Both the position numbers and the translations under genes were made by a program. Below are positions 19,116-26,768 of a stretch of 64,000 nucleotides of DNA, one piece after another. The DNA lies in the UHGV virus genome UHGV-1332848, one strand, 5' to 3'. The DNA comes from a virus. How positions within the stretch are numbered: position 1 is the first letter of the stretch; every line of letters starts with the position of its first letter. The notes under the pieces are model-generated. The model had not been told where the DNA came from. It worked only from the letters and a program-made list of their open reading frames with translations, and searched no databases.

Positions 19116-19706
19116 ATGACATGTGTGGTAGGAATGTTAGATAAAGAGAATAAAACAGTTTACTTGGGTGGAGATAGCTTAGGCTCAAATGGTTATATAA
19201 AGACAATTTATAAACAAAGAAAGGTTTTTCATTCAAAAGATACAAATGATTTAATTATAGGTATTTGTGGTTCTTTCAATTTTCAAGGGTTAGAATATGA
19301 AAAATTGCTAGATGAAACAAAATTATTGAAAGGCGAGATAGATAGAGAATATTTAATAACAAAGTTTATACCAAATTTAAGAAGAATAATATCGTCATAT
19401 AACTGTAACGAATCCAAAAGCGGGATAGATAGTATGGAAGGAGTTTTACTATTCGGATATAGAGATAATTTATTTATGATACAATCCGATTACTCGTTAG
19501 TGGAATCTACTGATGATTATTTGGCAATTGGTAGTGGGATGGATTACGCTTTAGGAAGTTTAGCAACAACTTATGATAATGAAATACCTATAATAGACAA
19601 AATACATATGGCTTTAAAGTCAGCTACAAAACATGTGGTAGGAGTTGAACCACCGTTCTACATAATAAATACAGCTAATGACGAAGTAATAGAATTGTTA
19701 GAATAA
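19116..19706 (+). CDS. HslV-like Ntn-hydrolase (proteasome-type peptidase homologue)
   Basis: Start at ATG 19116 (RBS AAAGGAGTGG) gives Met-Thr N-terminus (MTCVVGML), so Thr1 is exposed. Blocks VYLGGDSLGSNGYIKT...KQRKV and DYLAIGSGMDYALGSLA align with HslV VIAGDGQATLGNTVMKG...KVRRL and DLIAIGSGGPYAQAAARA. Confidence 0.6.
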   Translation: MTCVVGMLDKENKTVYLGGDSLGSNGYIKTIYKQRKVFHSKDTNDLIIGICGSFNFQGLEYEKLLDETKLLKGEIDREYLITKFIPNLRRIISSYNCNESKSGIDSMEGVLLFGYRDNLFMIQSDYSLVESTDDYLAIGSGMDYALGSLATTYDNEIPIIDKIHMALKSATKHVVGVEPPFYIINTANDEVIELLE

Positions 19707-19726
19707 ATTAAAAGGAGATGAGAATA

Positions 19727-19882
19727 ATGAAAATCAAAGCAATAACTAATTTAAGAGAATTTGTATTCGATACTGAAGATATGAAAACTCAAAATAGAGG
19801 TGGAGTAGGTGTCAGCTTATTAGGATTAGCCAAAAATCAATTAGAAAAAGGAGAAAATCTAGTAAGACTAGTGGAAGTGTAA
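19727..19882 (+). CDS. small hypothetical protein (51 aa), not in ORF table
   Basis: ATG after AAAAGGAGATGAG; fills the 19707-19883 gap. Confidence 0.3.
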   Translation: MKIKAITNLREFVFDTEDMKTQNRGGVGVSLLGLAKNQLEKGENLVRLVEV

Positions 19883-19883
19883 G

Positions 19884-20573
19884 ATGAAGAGAAAATTAAT
19901 CAATAAGATTATATTAACATTATCTTTAACATTAGCGATAACAACATATTATACAATAGATAAATACATAAATATAAAACAACAACAAAAGGTTATGCCG
20001 TTATCAACTAAAGAAGAAATTGATCTAATATCTAAAGATGTGATAATTAAAAAACTTAATAATGAGAACCAAATGTTAGTAGTGTCTGGAGAAACAGAAG
20101 TCCAAGTTACATATTCAAATAAAGATATAGCTGAAGATGATGTTAATTTTAAATGGATTAAAGATTGGTTTTCTAAGATGAATAGTAAAGACTTAAAGAT
20201 TAATGCTACTTATACATATCAATTCCATTACGATTTAAAGGACTTAGACATAACAATAGTTAATAATAAACCCAGTATGAATCTTAGTAAGAATAGACTA
20301 AACTGTGAAGCTGAATTGATAGATAATAAATCTATTTATGCTGATAGGGTAGGCATATTTGAATCTCAGTTTACTCCACAGGAAGTTAGTTCTATTAATG
20401 CAAGAACTAAAGCAATAGTATTAAATAAAATACAGAATGATAAAGAACTTAGGGATAAAGCTATGGCTAATGTACAAAAGAATATAGAGGATTTATTAAA
20501 GATTGATTGTAAATTTAGTGTAGCAAAATATGATGTAGTTGAATATAATAATGAAATTTTATTTAATAATTAA
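19884..20573 (+). CDS. membrane-anchored hypothetical protein
   Basis: N-terminal TM (ILTLSLTLAITTYYTI) then soluble domain. Confidence 0.45.
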   Translation: MKRKLINKIILTLSLTLAITTYYTIDKYINIKQQQKVMPLSTKEEIDLISKDVIIKKLNNENQMLVVSGETEVQVTYSNKDIAEDDVNFKWIKDWFSKMNSKDLKINATYTYQFHYDLKDLDITIVNNKPSMNLSKNRLNCEAELIDNKSIYADRVGIFESQFTPQEVSSINARTKAIVLNKIQNDKELRDKAMANVQKNIEDLLKIDCKFSVAKYDVVEYNNEILFNN

Positions 20574-20659
20574 TTAAAAACTATTTACAATGTAAGAAAA
20601 TGATGGTATTATTAATACAAGAACAGAAGTTCTTAAAAATAAGATGGTGGGTGGATAAT

Positions 20660-20818
20660 ATGAATATTGAAAAAATGAGTTATGAAGAATTAAAGGCTTT
20701 TGCAAATGAACTAATGAGGGAGAATGAAAAGCTAAAGAGTAAAGTTGATACTTATTCAGTAGATATGACAGTTGAAGATATGGAGGCACAATATAAAGAT
20801 TATTACAGTCAATATTAA
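20660..20818 (+). CDS. small coiled-coil protein
   Basis: Start MNIEKMSYEEL after GGTGGGTGG; promoter-like TTTACA-16-TGgTATTAT at 20585-20612. Confidence 0.4.
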   Translation: MNIEKMSYEELKAFANELMRENEKLKSKVDTYSVDMTVEDMEAQYKDYYSQY

Positions 20819-20856
20819 TACATAATAATTAATTAAAAATATTATAATAAAGGAGA

Positions 20857-21372
20857 ATGATTATGAATAAAAACAAAAAAATCTACATCGCAGGGAGTTT
20901 ATTTTCTGAAGCTGAGGTTGCACAAAGAATAAAGGAGGGAGAGTTGTTAAAAAAAGTTGGGTTTGAAAATATATATAATCCTATACAAGCCCCATGCAAT
21001 TCCAAGGAAGATTTGCCGACTGCTGAAGATATTTTCTGGGGAGACACAAAAGAAGTATTAGAATCAGAAATTGTAGTGATTGATATAAGTAACCCACTAG
21101 ATGCAGGAGTTTTTTGTGAAACTGGGATAGCTTGGGCTTGTAATTACATCCATAGGTTAGCTAATGAAGGTAAGAATTTAGATGAAGTTTTAAACATAAT
21201 GAAAGAAAAGATGGTAGTAGCACATCTATCTGATATAAGGAAATCGACATCACATAGATATAATGGCAACCATATTCCAGTAGGATTTAATCAATTTGCA
21301 GTAGCCTGTATTGAAGATGTTGGTGTTATAAAAGACAGTTTCAATGAAGTATTAGAAGAGTTAAATGATTAA
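20857..21372 (+). CDS. nucleoside 2-deoxyribosyltransferase-family protein (NDT / dNMP N-glycosidase-like)
   Basis: N-terminal IYIAGSLFSEAE block resembles the NDT/Rcl signature (IYLAGPFF). Size (~170 aa) fits the family. Confidence 0.55.
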   Translation: MIMNKNKKIYIAGSLFSEAEVAQRIKEGELLKKVGFENIYNPIQAPCNSKEDLPTAEDIFWGDTKEVLESEIVVIDISNPLDAGVFCETGIAWACNYIHRLANEGKNLDEVLNIMKEKMVVAHLSDIRKSTSHRYNGNHIPVGFNQFAVACIEDVGVIKDSFNEVLEELND

Positions 21373-21405
21373 TTTGTATCTATTGCGAAGAAAATGGAGG
21401 TAACT

Positions 21406-21684
21406 ATGGATTTAAAAATAAAAGATAAAGTTATATTCACTAATATGCAAAATGGAAATGAAGAAGTTGGAGAAATACAACTAATTGCACAAGTCACAGA
21501 TTGTGATACTACTGGAATAGTCGGTAAAAATGTTTATTATGTTAGAACTATAACGGGAGGACAACTATTTTTTAGGCAAAACTTAGAAAAATATACAGAA
21601 GGAGTTAAGGATCAATGTCCTTGTATGAAAGAGCCAAGCTATAATTGTGGCATGAAATGTTCAAGATGTGGAAGAGAATTGTAA
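21406..21684 (+). CDS. zinc-ribbon protein
   Basis: CPCM...CGMKCSRCG at C-terminus; RBS GGAGG. Confidence 0.45.
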   Translation: MDLKIKDKVIFTNMQNGNEEVGEIQLIAQVTDCDTTGIVGKNVYYVRTITGGQLFFRQNLEKYTEGVKDQCPCMKEPSYNCGMKCSRCGREL

Positions 21685-21729
21685 TTCGCAATTCAGAAAT
21701 AAGAATAAATTAGGGGAGGAAATGAAAAT

Positions 21730-22014
21730 ATGAATTTAGCAACATTATTTAGTACATTTCAATTAGTAGGAGGTGTAGTTCTGTTTATATCGTATTTACC
21801 GATGATTAAGTTGCTACACACTACAAAATCAGCTAAAAATCAAAGTATTAGTTTTTGGATCATATTAGATGTAGGAATGGTTTTATTTGAGTTAAATGCT
21901 CTATATTTAGCAATTACACTAGGACAACTATCATATGCAATAAGCCAATCATTAAATTTATTATGCGGTATTATTGTATTAATTCAATTATTAATTTATA
22001 GAAAGAATGATTAG
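21730..22014 (+). CDS. SemiSWEET / PQ-loop family 3-TM membrane protein
   Basis: 94 aa with three TM helices. TM1 has a PQ-loop-like motif (LFISYLPMIKLL) followed by TKSAKNQS loop, matching SemiSWEET 'lPQi.k..ktKs..g.S'. Confidence 0.55.
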   Translation: MNLATLFSTFQLVGGVVLFISYLPMIKLLHTTKSAKNQSISFWIILDVGMVLFELNALYLAITLGQLSYAISQSLNLLCGIIVLIQLLIYRKND

Positions 22015-22024
22015 GAGTAAGTGG

Positions 22025-22663
22025 ATGAAGAAATTAAAATTATTTATAGATATGGATGAGTGTATTTTCGACCTTTCAGATGCTATAAGATTAAGAGTAA
22101 ACAAAGACTTTAACAAAAATTATCCGAAGGGATTCAATAAATCTTATTGGTGGTCAGATTATGAAATACCAAAGAAATATTTTGAAAATTTACTAAATCA
22201 AAAAGGATTATTTTTAGATTTGCAACCATATGAATGTGCAATAGAAACATTAACTAAACTACATGAAGAAGGTTATGATATACATATTCTAACTTGCCCA
22301 CAGTACAATGAAACGTGTTTCATAGAAAAAGTATTGTCGGTTAAAAAATACTTACCATTCATAAATATAGAAACTAATTTTCATACAAGTGGCAATAAAG
22401 GTTTGTTTGCTAAAGAGAATAGAATATTAGTTGATGATAATCCAATTTACATAAACCAATTTAGAGACAATGGTGGCTATGCGATAGTATTCAATCAACC
22501 TTGGAATAAAGAATGTAATGATGCTAGGGCGTTTAATTGGAATGATGTTTATGAGTATATAAAATTATATGATGAAGTTTATAATTTTAATAATACAAAT
22601 GTAAAAGTTAATGTAGATATAAATAATTATAAAAAGTATATGGAAGGAGCTTATCATGAGTAG
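22025..22663 (+). CDS. 5'(3')-deoxyribonucleotidase (HAD superfamily, NT5C-like)
   Basis: HAD motif I LFIDMDECIFD (DxD); family size and downstream blocks match NT5C. Start taken at the second ATG (RBS AGGAG). Confidence 0.7.
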   Translation: MKKLKLFIDMDECIFDLSDAIRLRVNKDFNKNYPKGFNKSYWWSDYEIPKKYFENLLNQKGLFLDLQPYECAIETLTKLHEEGYDIHILTCPQYNETCFIEKVLSVKKYLPFINIETNFHTSGNKGLFAKENRILVDDNPIYINQFRDNGGYAIVFNQPWNKECNDARAFNWNDVYEYIKLYDEVYNFNNTNVKVNVDINNYKKYMEGAYHE

Positions 22664-23273
22664 TAAATTATATTTCAAGTATGGCTGTATGAACTCAAGT
22701 AAATCATTAAATCTTTTAGCAACAGCTCATAACTATGAATCACAGGGTAAAAAAGTATTGCTAATAAAACCAACTTTAGATACAAGGACAGACAAAGGAA
22801 TTATTGAAAGTAGAGTAGGTATTTCTAAAAAATGTATTGATGTAGATAAGGATACTAACTTAATAAATTTATTTAAAATGCATATAAAGTATAATGATTT
22901 AATACATTGTATTTTGATTGATGAAGCACAATTCTTAACGAAAGATCAGGTAAAACAATTAGCAAAAATAGTTGATACATACGATATTCCAGTTCTTTGT
23001 TATGGTCTTAAAAACAGTTATATCGAATCTGAATTGTTTGAAGGAAGTCAAGCACTTTTATACTACGCAGACAAGTTGGAAGAAATTAAAACAACTTGCT
23101 TTTGTGAGGGATGTAATTCAAAGGCTACAATGAATCTTAGGATATTAAATGGTGAAGCCGTATATAACGGAGAAATGATTAATTGCGGAGATACCAAACC
23201 AACAAGCGATTATTATATGCCAGTATGTAGAAAACATTATTACAATCAAATAGGTTATTATAATCTTAAATAA
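22656..23273 (+). CDS. tdk: thymidine kinase
   Basis: P-loop YFKYGCMNSSKS; IHCILIDEAQFLT; DIPVLCYGLKNSYIESELFEGSQALL; VCRKHY. Near-colinear with E. coli Tdk. Confidence 0.9.
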   Translation: MSSKLYFKYGCMNSSKSLNLLATAHNYESQGKKVLLIKPTLDTRTDKGIIESRVGISKKCIDVDKDTNLINLFKMHIKYNDLIHCILIDEAQFLTKDQVKQLAKIVDTYDIPVLCYGLKNSYIESELFEGSQALLYYADKLEEIKTTCFCEGCNSKATMNLRILNGEAVYNGEMINCGDTKPTSDYYMPVCRKHYYNQIGYYNLK

Positions 23274-23384
23274 GTTACTCGTAAATGATATAGATATTAT
23301 AATTAATTAAACTATATCAAAATTACTTCTGAAACATATAATATATCATAATAAGTTTATAGGAAGAGTTTTTATGAAAAAATA

Positions 23385-23428
23385 AAAAAATAGGGGATAT
23401 ACACTCAAATTAATGAATATATATCCCC
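23385..23428 (-). terminator. rho-independent terminator (minus strand)
   Basis: 9-bp GC-containing stem GGGGATATA/TATATCCCC followed on the minus strand by a U-rich tract. Confidence 0.45.
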
Positions 23429-23472
23429 TAAATTAAAAATGATAATTTACATATACTAATAGATTTAATACA

Positions 23473-23516
23473 GAAAGGAGTGAGTTTTACATGCAGGTGA
23501 CTCACTCCTTTCTTTT
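23473..23516 (+). terminator. rho-independent terminator (plus strand) closing the early arm
   Basis: 12-bp stem GAAAGGAGTGAG/CTCACTCCTTTC followed by TTTT. Confidence 0.5.
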
Positions 23517-23670
23517 ACCCAATTTTAGAATCCAGCTCTTCAAGCAAATCTAATAAGCATTTTCTATAGCCCTGAGAATAATTATATGTATTCTCGTTAT
23601 AATTGTCTATTTCATAACTTATTAATTTTTCTTGGAGTTGAGATTTAAATCTTTGTAGTATTAAATCCAT
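23515..23670 (-). CDS. small hypothetical protein (51 aa), not in ORF table
   Basis: ATG preceded by strong RBS AAAGGGGATGGG; has its own downstream terminator. Confidence 0.3.
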   Translation of the reverse strand: MDLILQRFKSQLQEKLISYEIDNYNENTYNYSQGYRKCLLDLLEELDSKIG

Positions 23671-23795
23671 TTTCCCATCCCCTTTATACTATATATAGTA
23701 TTTTTTATTATCAACATCTACAATATGTAGTATTGAAAACTTTTTAAAATAACAATTTTATCTATTTACTTTAACTTTAGTTTATTATATAATTA

Positions 23796-23845
23796 AACTT
23801 ATAATTGATAATATTTTGTTATTTTTATATCAATTATAAGTTTCT
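23796..23845. promoter_or_regulatory. perfect 15-bp inverted repeat AACTTATAATTGATA/TATCAATTATAAGTT
   Basis: seen directly; sits in the convergent intergenic zone. Confidence 0.35.
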
Positions 23846-23857
23846 ATTTTTTTATAC

Positions 23858-23927
23858 AGATAGATTAAACCTAAACAAAGTAAATGCATTATGTGTTGAA
23901 TGTAAAGTTTAATCTATCTTTTTTATT
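23858..23927 (+). terminator. long-loop hairpin terminator
   Basis: 13-bp stem AGATAGATTAAAC/GTTTAATCTATCT followed by TTTTTATT. Confidence 0.4.
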
Positions 23928-24021
23928 GTAATATTAATTATTACGAATATTGGTATCACTAATATCTTTTATATTCGTACTCATATTTTATCGTTAGTGC
24001 GTAATATGTTTCTATTATTAC

Positions 24022-24453
24022 CTACATATTTCTATATTTTATTACCTTTGCAGGAGATCCAACTGCTACAGCGTTATTTGGTATATCTCTAGTAACAACG
24101 CTATTAGCCCCTATTATTACATTGTCGCCAACAATCACATTCCCTATAATTTTCGCACCAGCACCTATTACTACACTATCTCCAATTCTTGGAACTTCCT
24201 TTTGACCTATACTTCCTCCAATAGTTACTTGTTGACTTATCTTACAATTCTTCCCAATGATAGCATTGGGATGCAAAACTATTCCTAACCCATAATATCC
24301 AAAGCTTGTACCTTCTCCGATTTTTGTCTGGTATGGTATAACACATCCGAATACTATTCTCATCAATATTTTTATTAATTTAGGAATTACAGGTATTTTA
24401 TGTTTATATAGAAAATGTGACATATTATACAAATAGTTTATTATTTTAATCAT
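24022..24453 (-). CDS. hexapeptide-repeat O-acetyltransferase (CysE/LacA/NodL family, short form)
   Basis: LYKHKIPVIPKLIKILMRIVFGCVIPYQTKIGEGTSF...IGKNCKISQQVTIGG aligns with the serine-acetyltransferase C-terminal region. Left-handed beta-helix hexapeptide repeats follow. Confidence 0.7.
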   Translation of the reverse strand: MIKIINYLYNMSHFLYKHKIPVIPKLIKILMRIVFGCVIPYQTKIGEGTSFGYYGLGIVLHPNAIIGKNCKISQQVTIGGSIGQKEVPRIGDSVVIGAGAKIIGNVIVGDNVIIGANSVVTRDIPNNAVAVGSPAKVIKYRNM

Positions 24454-24526
24454 CCCCTTTAAAATTCTTATTAATCTTATTCACACCTTCTATTTTACAA
24501 TGTAATTGAATTTGTTACAACTTTTG

Positions 24527-26026
24527 TTATTCTGCATTAAATATAATCTCTTTAGTTATGGTTGCAGTAGATTTATCTAAGAAGCTTGTAGATGCTCTTC
24601 TTACAGTATTTTTTACATTTATAAACTTAATCAAGTTGTGTGTACCTGTTAAATACAACATTGTTGTACTATCATTTGTATAAGTTCCATTCATAATTAT
24701 AGTATTTAAAAATGAAATATCATCAGAACCGCTTGATGATAATAAATAGCTTCCACCAGTTCCATTTATCCATATTGTACAACCAATTATTTTAAATTCA
24801 CATTTGTTATTTATTCCAAATCCCCCGTATGGAGACTTTCCTCTATCGTAATAAATTGAGCAATTTTCAAAGTTGACATAACATTTCCCATTAGAATTCG
24901 TTACCAATCTATTACAGCTATCCTCTATAATTGAATTTCTAATAGTTATTTTAGTATAAGATATACCGTTATTTTCTTTATTAGCTTCTACAAAACTTGA
25001 ATTAACAAGGTTATTAGAGTTGTAAAATACACAATTATCGACTTTAACATTAGAAAGTTCACCTAAAACAATATTTATATTGCTTATGTCAGAATTTTTA
25101 ATGGAAAGTTTAGTTTCCTTATCAGTTGCCCCATACTGAGTCAGTTTTATACCTGCTCCACTAGATATGATAAAACTTCCACTTTTTGAAGTAATAATAT
25201 TAAGATTATCTATAACCGCATCACTTGTTCTAAACACCTCTATTGGATTGAAAGGTAATCTGCTTCCTGTTACTATCATTTTACAATCCTGTAGCTTTGC
25301 ACCACTTATAAATGATTTTTTTCCACTGAATTTAACGGGGGTTTGAGTCGAATTATTTAAATAAGATGGTCTTAATACGTCCAAATCAACAATCCAAGTT
25401 ACATTCTTGTATACTATGTTATGTAAACAAGTTGCATAACCTTGCTGTTGAATTATACAATTTTCTACAAGTAAGTTACTAGCAAAATTAACGACCTCAT
25501 TATCATTTAAACTTCCTATATTTATTACTGATTGGTATGCTTTTCCCTTTGTATAAATATTTTTTATAGTTACATTAAATTCTGTTATTTTTGTACTATC
25601 ATATCTAAAATAAAATAAATCATAAAAATCAGTATCATCTGTGAGTGTTATTTTAGTTGTATCGACCGTAAAGTCTCGATAACTTGAATCATGCATATTT
25701 AAACATTTAAAAATACCACTAACACCATTTGGAGAATTATTATCTAAATATATAACAGTTTCTTCACCAGCACCAATTAAATCAATGTTAGGATAAGCTT
25801 CTATAAAACAGTCTCCTTTAGAAGTTTTAGTTTTAAAATAGTAATTCTCTTGATTAAGTTTTATTTTTCCTTTCTTGCCATTTAAATAATCGTATGCTCT
25901 TTGGAGTCTAGGTGCATCATCCATTTCTAGTGTCAATCGTGGAAACTGATTAATATTTACTGTTGCAATATGTTCCAATGACGCACTATGTTCTTTTATT
26001 TTACTTTCTACTTCTCTGTATAACAT
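24527..26026 (-). CDS. tail fibre / receptor-binding protein with right-handed beta-helix (pectin-lyase-like, putative depolymerase)
   Basis: Asn/Ile/Val-rich repeating beta-helix pattern. First 18 aa identical to protein 30159-31472. Confidence 0.55.
   Translation of the reverse strand: MLYREVESKIKEHSASLEHIATVNINQFPRLTLEMDDAPRLQRAYDYLNGKKGKIKLNQENYYFKTKTSKGDCFIEAYPNIDLIGAGEETVIYLDNNSPNGVSGIFKCLNMHDSSYRDFTVDTTKITLTDDTDFYDLFYFRYDSTKITEFNVTIKNIYTKGKAYQSVINIGSLNDNEVVNFASNLLVENCIIQQQGYATCLHNIVYKNVTWIVDLDVLRPSYLNNSTQTPVKFSGKKSFISGAKLQDCKMIVTGSRLPFNPIEVFRTSDAVIDNLNIITSKSGSFIISSGAGIKLTQYGATDKETKLSIKNSDISNINIVLGELSNVKVDNCVFYNSNNLVNSSFVEANKENNGISYTKITIRNSIIEDSCNRLVTNSNGKCYVNFENCSIYYDRGKSPYGGFGINNKCEFKIIGCTIWINGTGGSYLLSSSGSDDISFLNTIIMNGTYTNDSTTMLYLTGTHNLIKFINVKNTVRRASTSFLDKSTATITKEIIFNAE
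25971..26026 (-). repeat. 56-nt direct repeat copy B (47-nt identical core) = 5' end of beta-helix fibre gene
   Basis: TGTTCCAATGACGCACTATGTTCTTTTATTTTACTTTCTACTTCTCT is identical to 31417-31463. Confidence 0.9.
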
Positions 26027-26041
26027 TCGTCATTCACCTCC

Positions 26042-26317
26042 TTATTCCTTAGCCAAGATCACAATTTTGCAGTTCATAGGCTCACCATTGTAAATCTTTA
26101 TTGTATTTGAATCAATTATTTCTATATTATTCATTGACAGGGAAGTATTATCTTTAAAAATACTAATTGTCAAATTATCAGTTCTTAAATTATGAGTTAC
26201 ATTAGTTGTATATTCATTTCCAATCAAAGTCCAATCAGATATAATCACATTCTTAATTGACTGTTTTATATTTCCTCCTCCAGAGAATATGCCGAATCTA
26301 AAATCATTTATAAACAC
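26042..26317 (-). CDS. hypothetical protein (91 aa)
   Basis: ORF tightly upstream of fibre gene. Confidence 0.4.
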   Translation of the reverse strand: MFINDFRFGIFSGGGNIKQSIKNVIISDWTLIGNEYTTNVTHNLRTDNLTISIFKDNTSLSMNNIEIIDSNTIKIYNGEPMNCKIVILAKE

Positions 26318-26325
26318 ATCACCAC

Positions 26326-26619
26326 CTACATTCCTAACAAGATATCATAATTAGTTCCTACAGGAGCTTTAATTTTTAAACTAACCCAAGGAACAAAATT
26401 ATCTAAAATAACAGATTGACCACTTTTAATTTTTATACTTGAAATGCTATTATTTATAGTTCCAACAAATTCACAGTCAGCATCAGCCCAAAGAGTAGCA
26501 TAATAAATATAATTTTTATCATACTTACCTTTAAATAATTCTTCTTCAGCAGAAGTAGTAACTCCGTATTTTTTAATTAATTTTTCATATTGGGTATTAA
26601 AATGTATTAAATTTGCCAA
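26326..26619 (-). CDS. hypothetical protein (97 aa)
   Basis: ORF with RBS. Confidence 0.4.
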   Translation of the reverse strand: MANLIHFNTQYEKLIKKYGVTTSAEEELFKGKYDKNYIYYATLWADADCEFVGTINNSISSIKIKSGQSVILDNFVPWVSLKIKAPVGTNYDILLGM

Positions 26620-26768
26620 AAACCCACCTACTTTCTTAAATTTTAAAAATTCACACCTCCAAGAATGGCTATATTACTAGCTTTCAGGAGTTGAATTTAT
26701 TTATAAAATGTTGATTTTAACAATTGTATCAAAATAGGGTAGAGAGTTAGCCCTACCCGTAAAAATTA

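Noticed and set aside
3727-20789. Minus-strand ORFs in the early arm (3727-3930, 4261-4443, 6990-7175, 7425-7619, 9202-9438, 10643-11076, 11755-12024, 12792-13097, 14048-14263, 14448-14660, 14777-14974, 15127-15426, 17370-17561, 18492-18761, 20574-20789)
   Set aside because: All overlap + strand genes that have RBSs and coupled start/stop arrangement. They are hydrophobic or low-complexity antisense artefacts. The 3727-3930 region is better explained by the + strand 56-aa membrane protein at 3767-3937.
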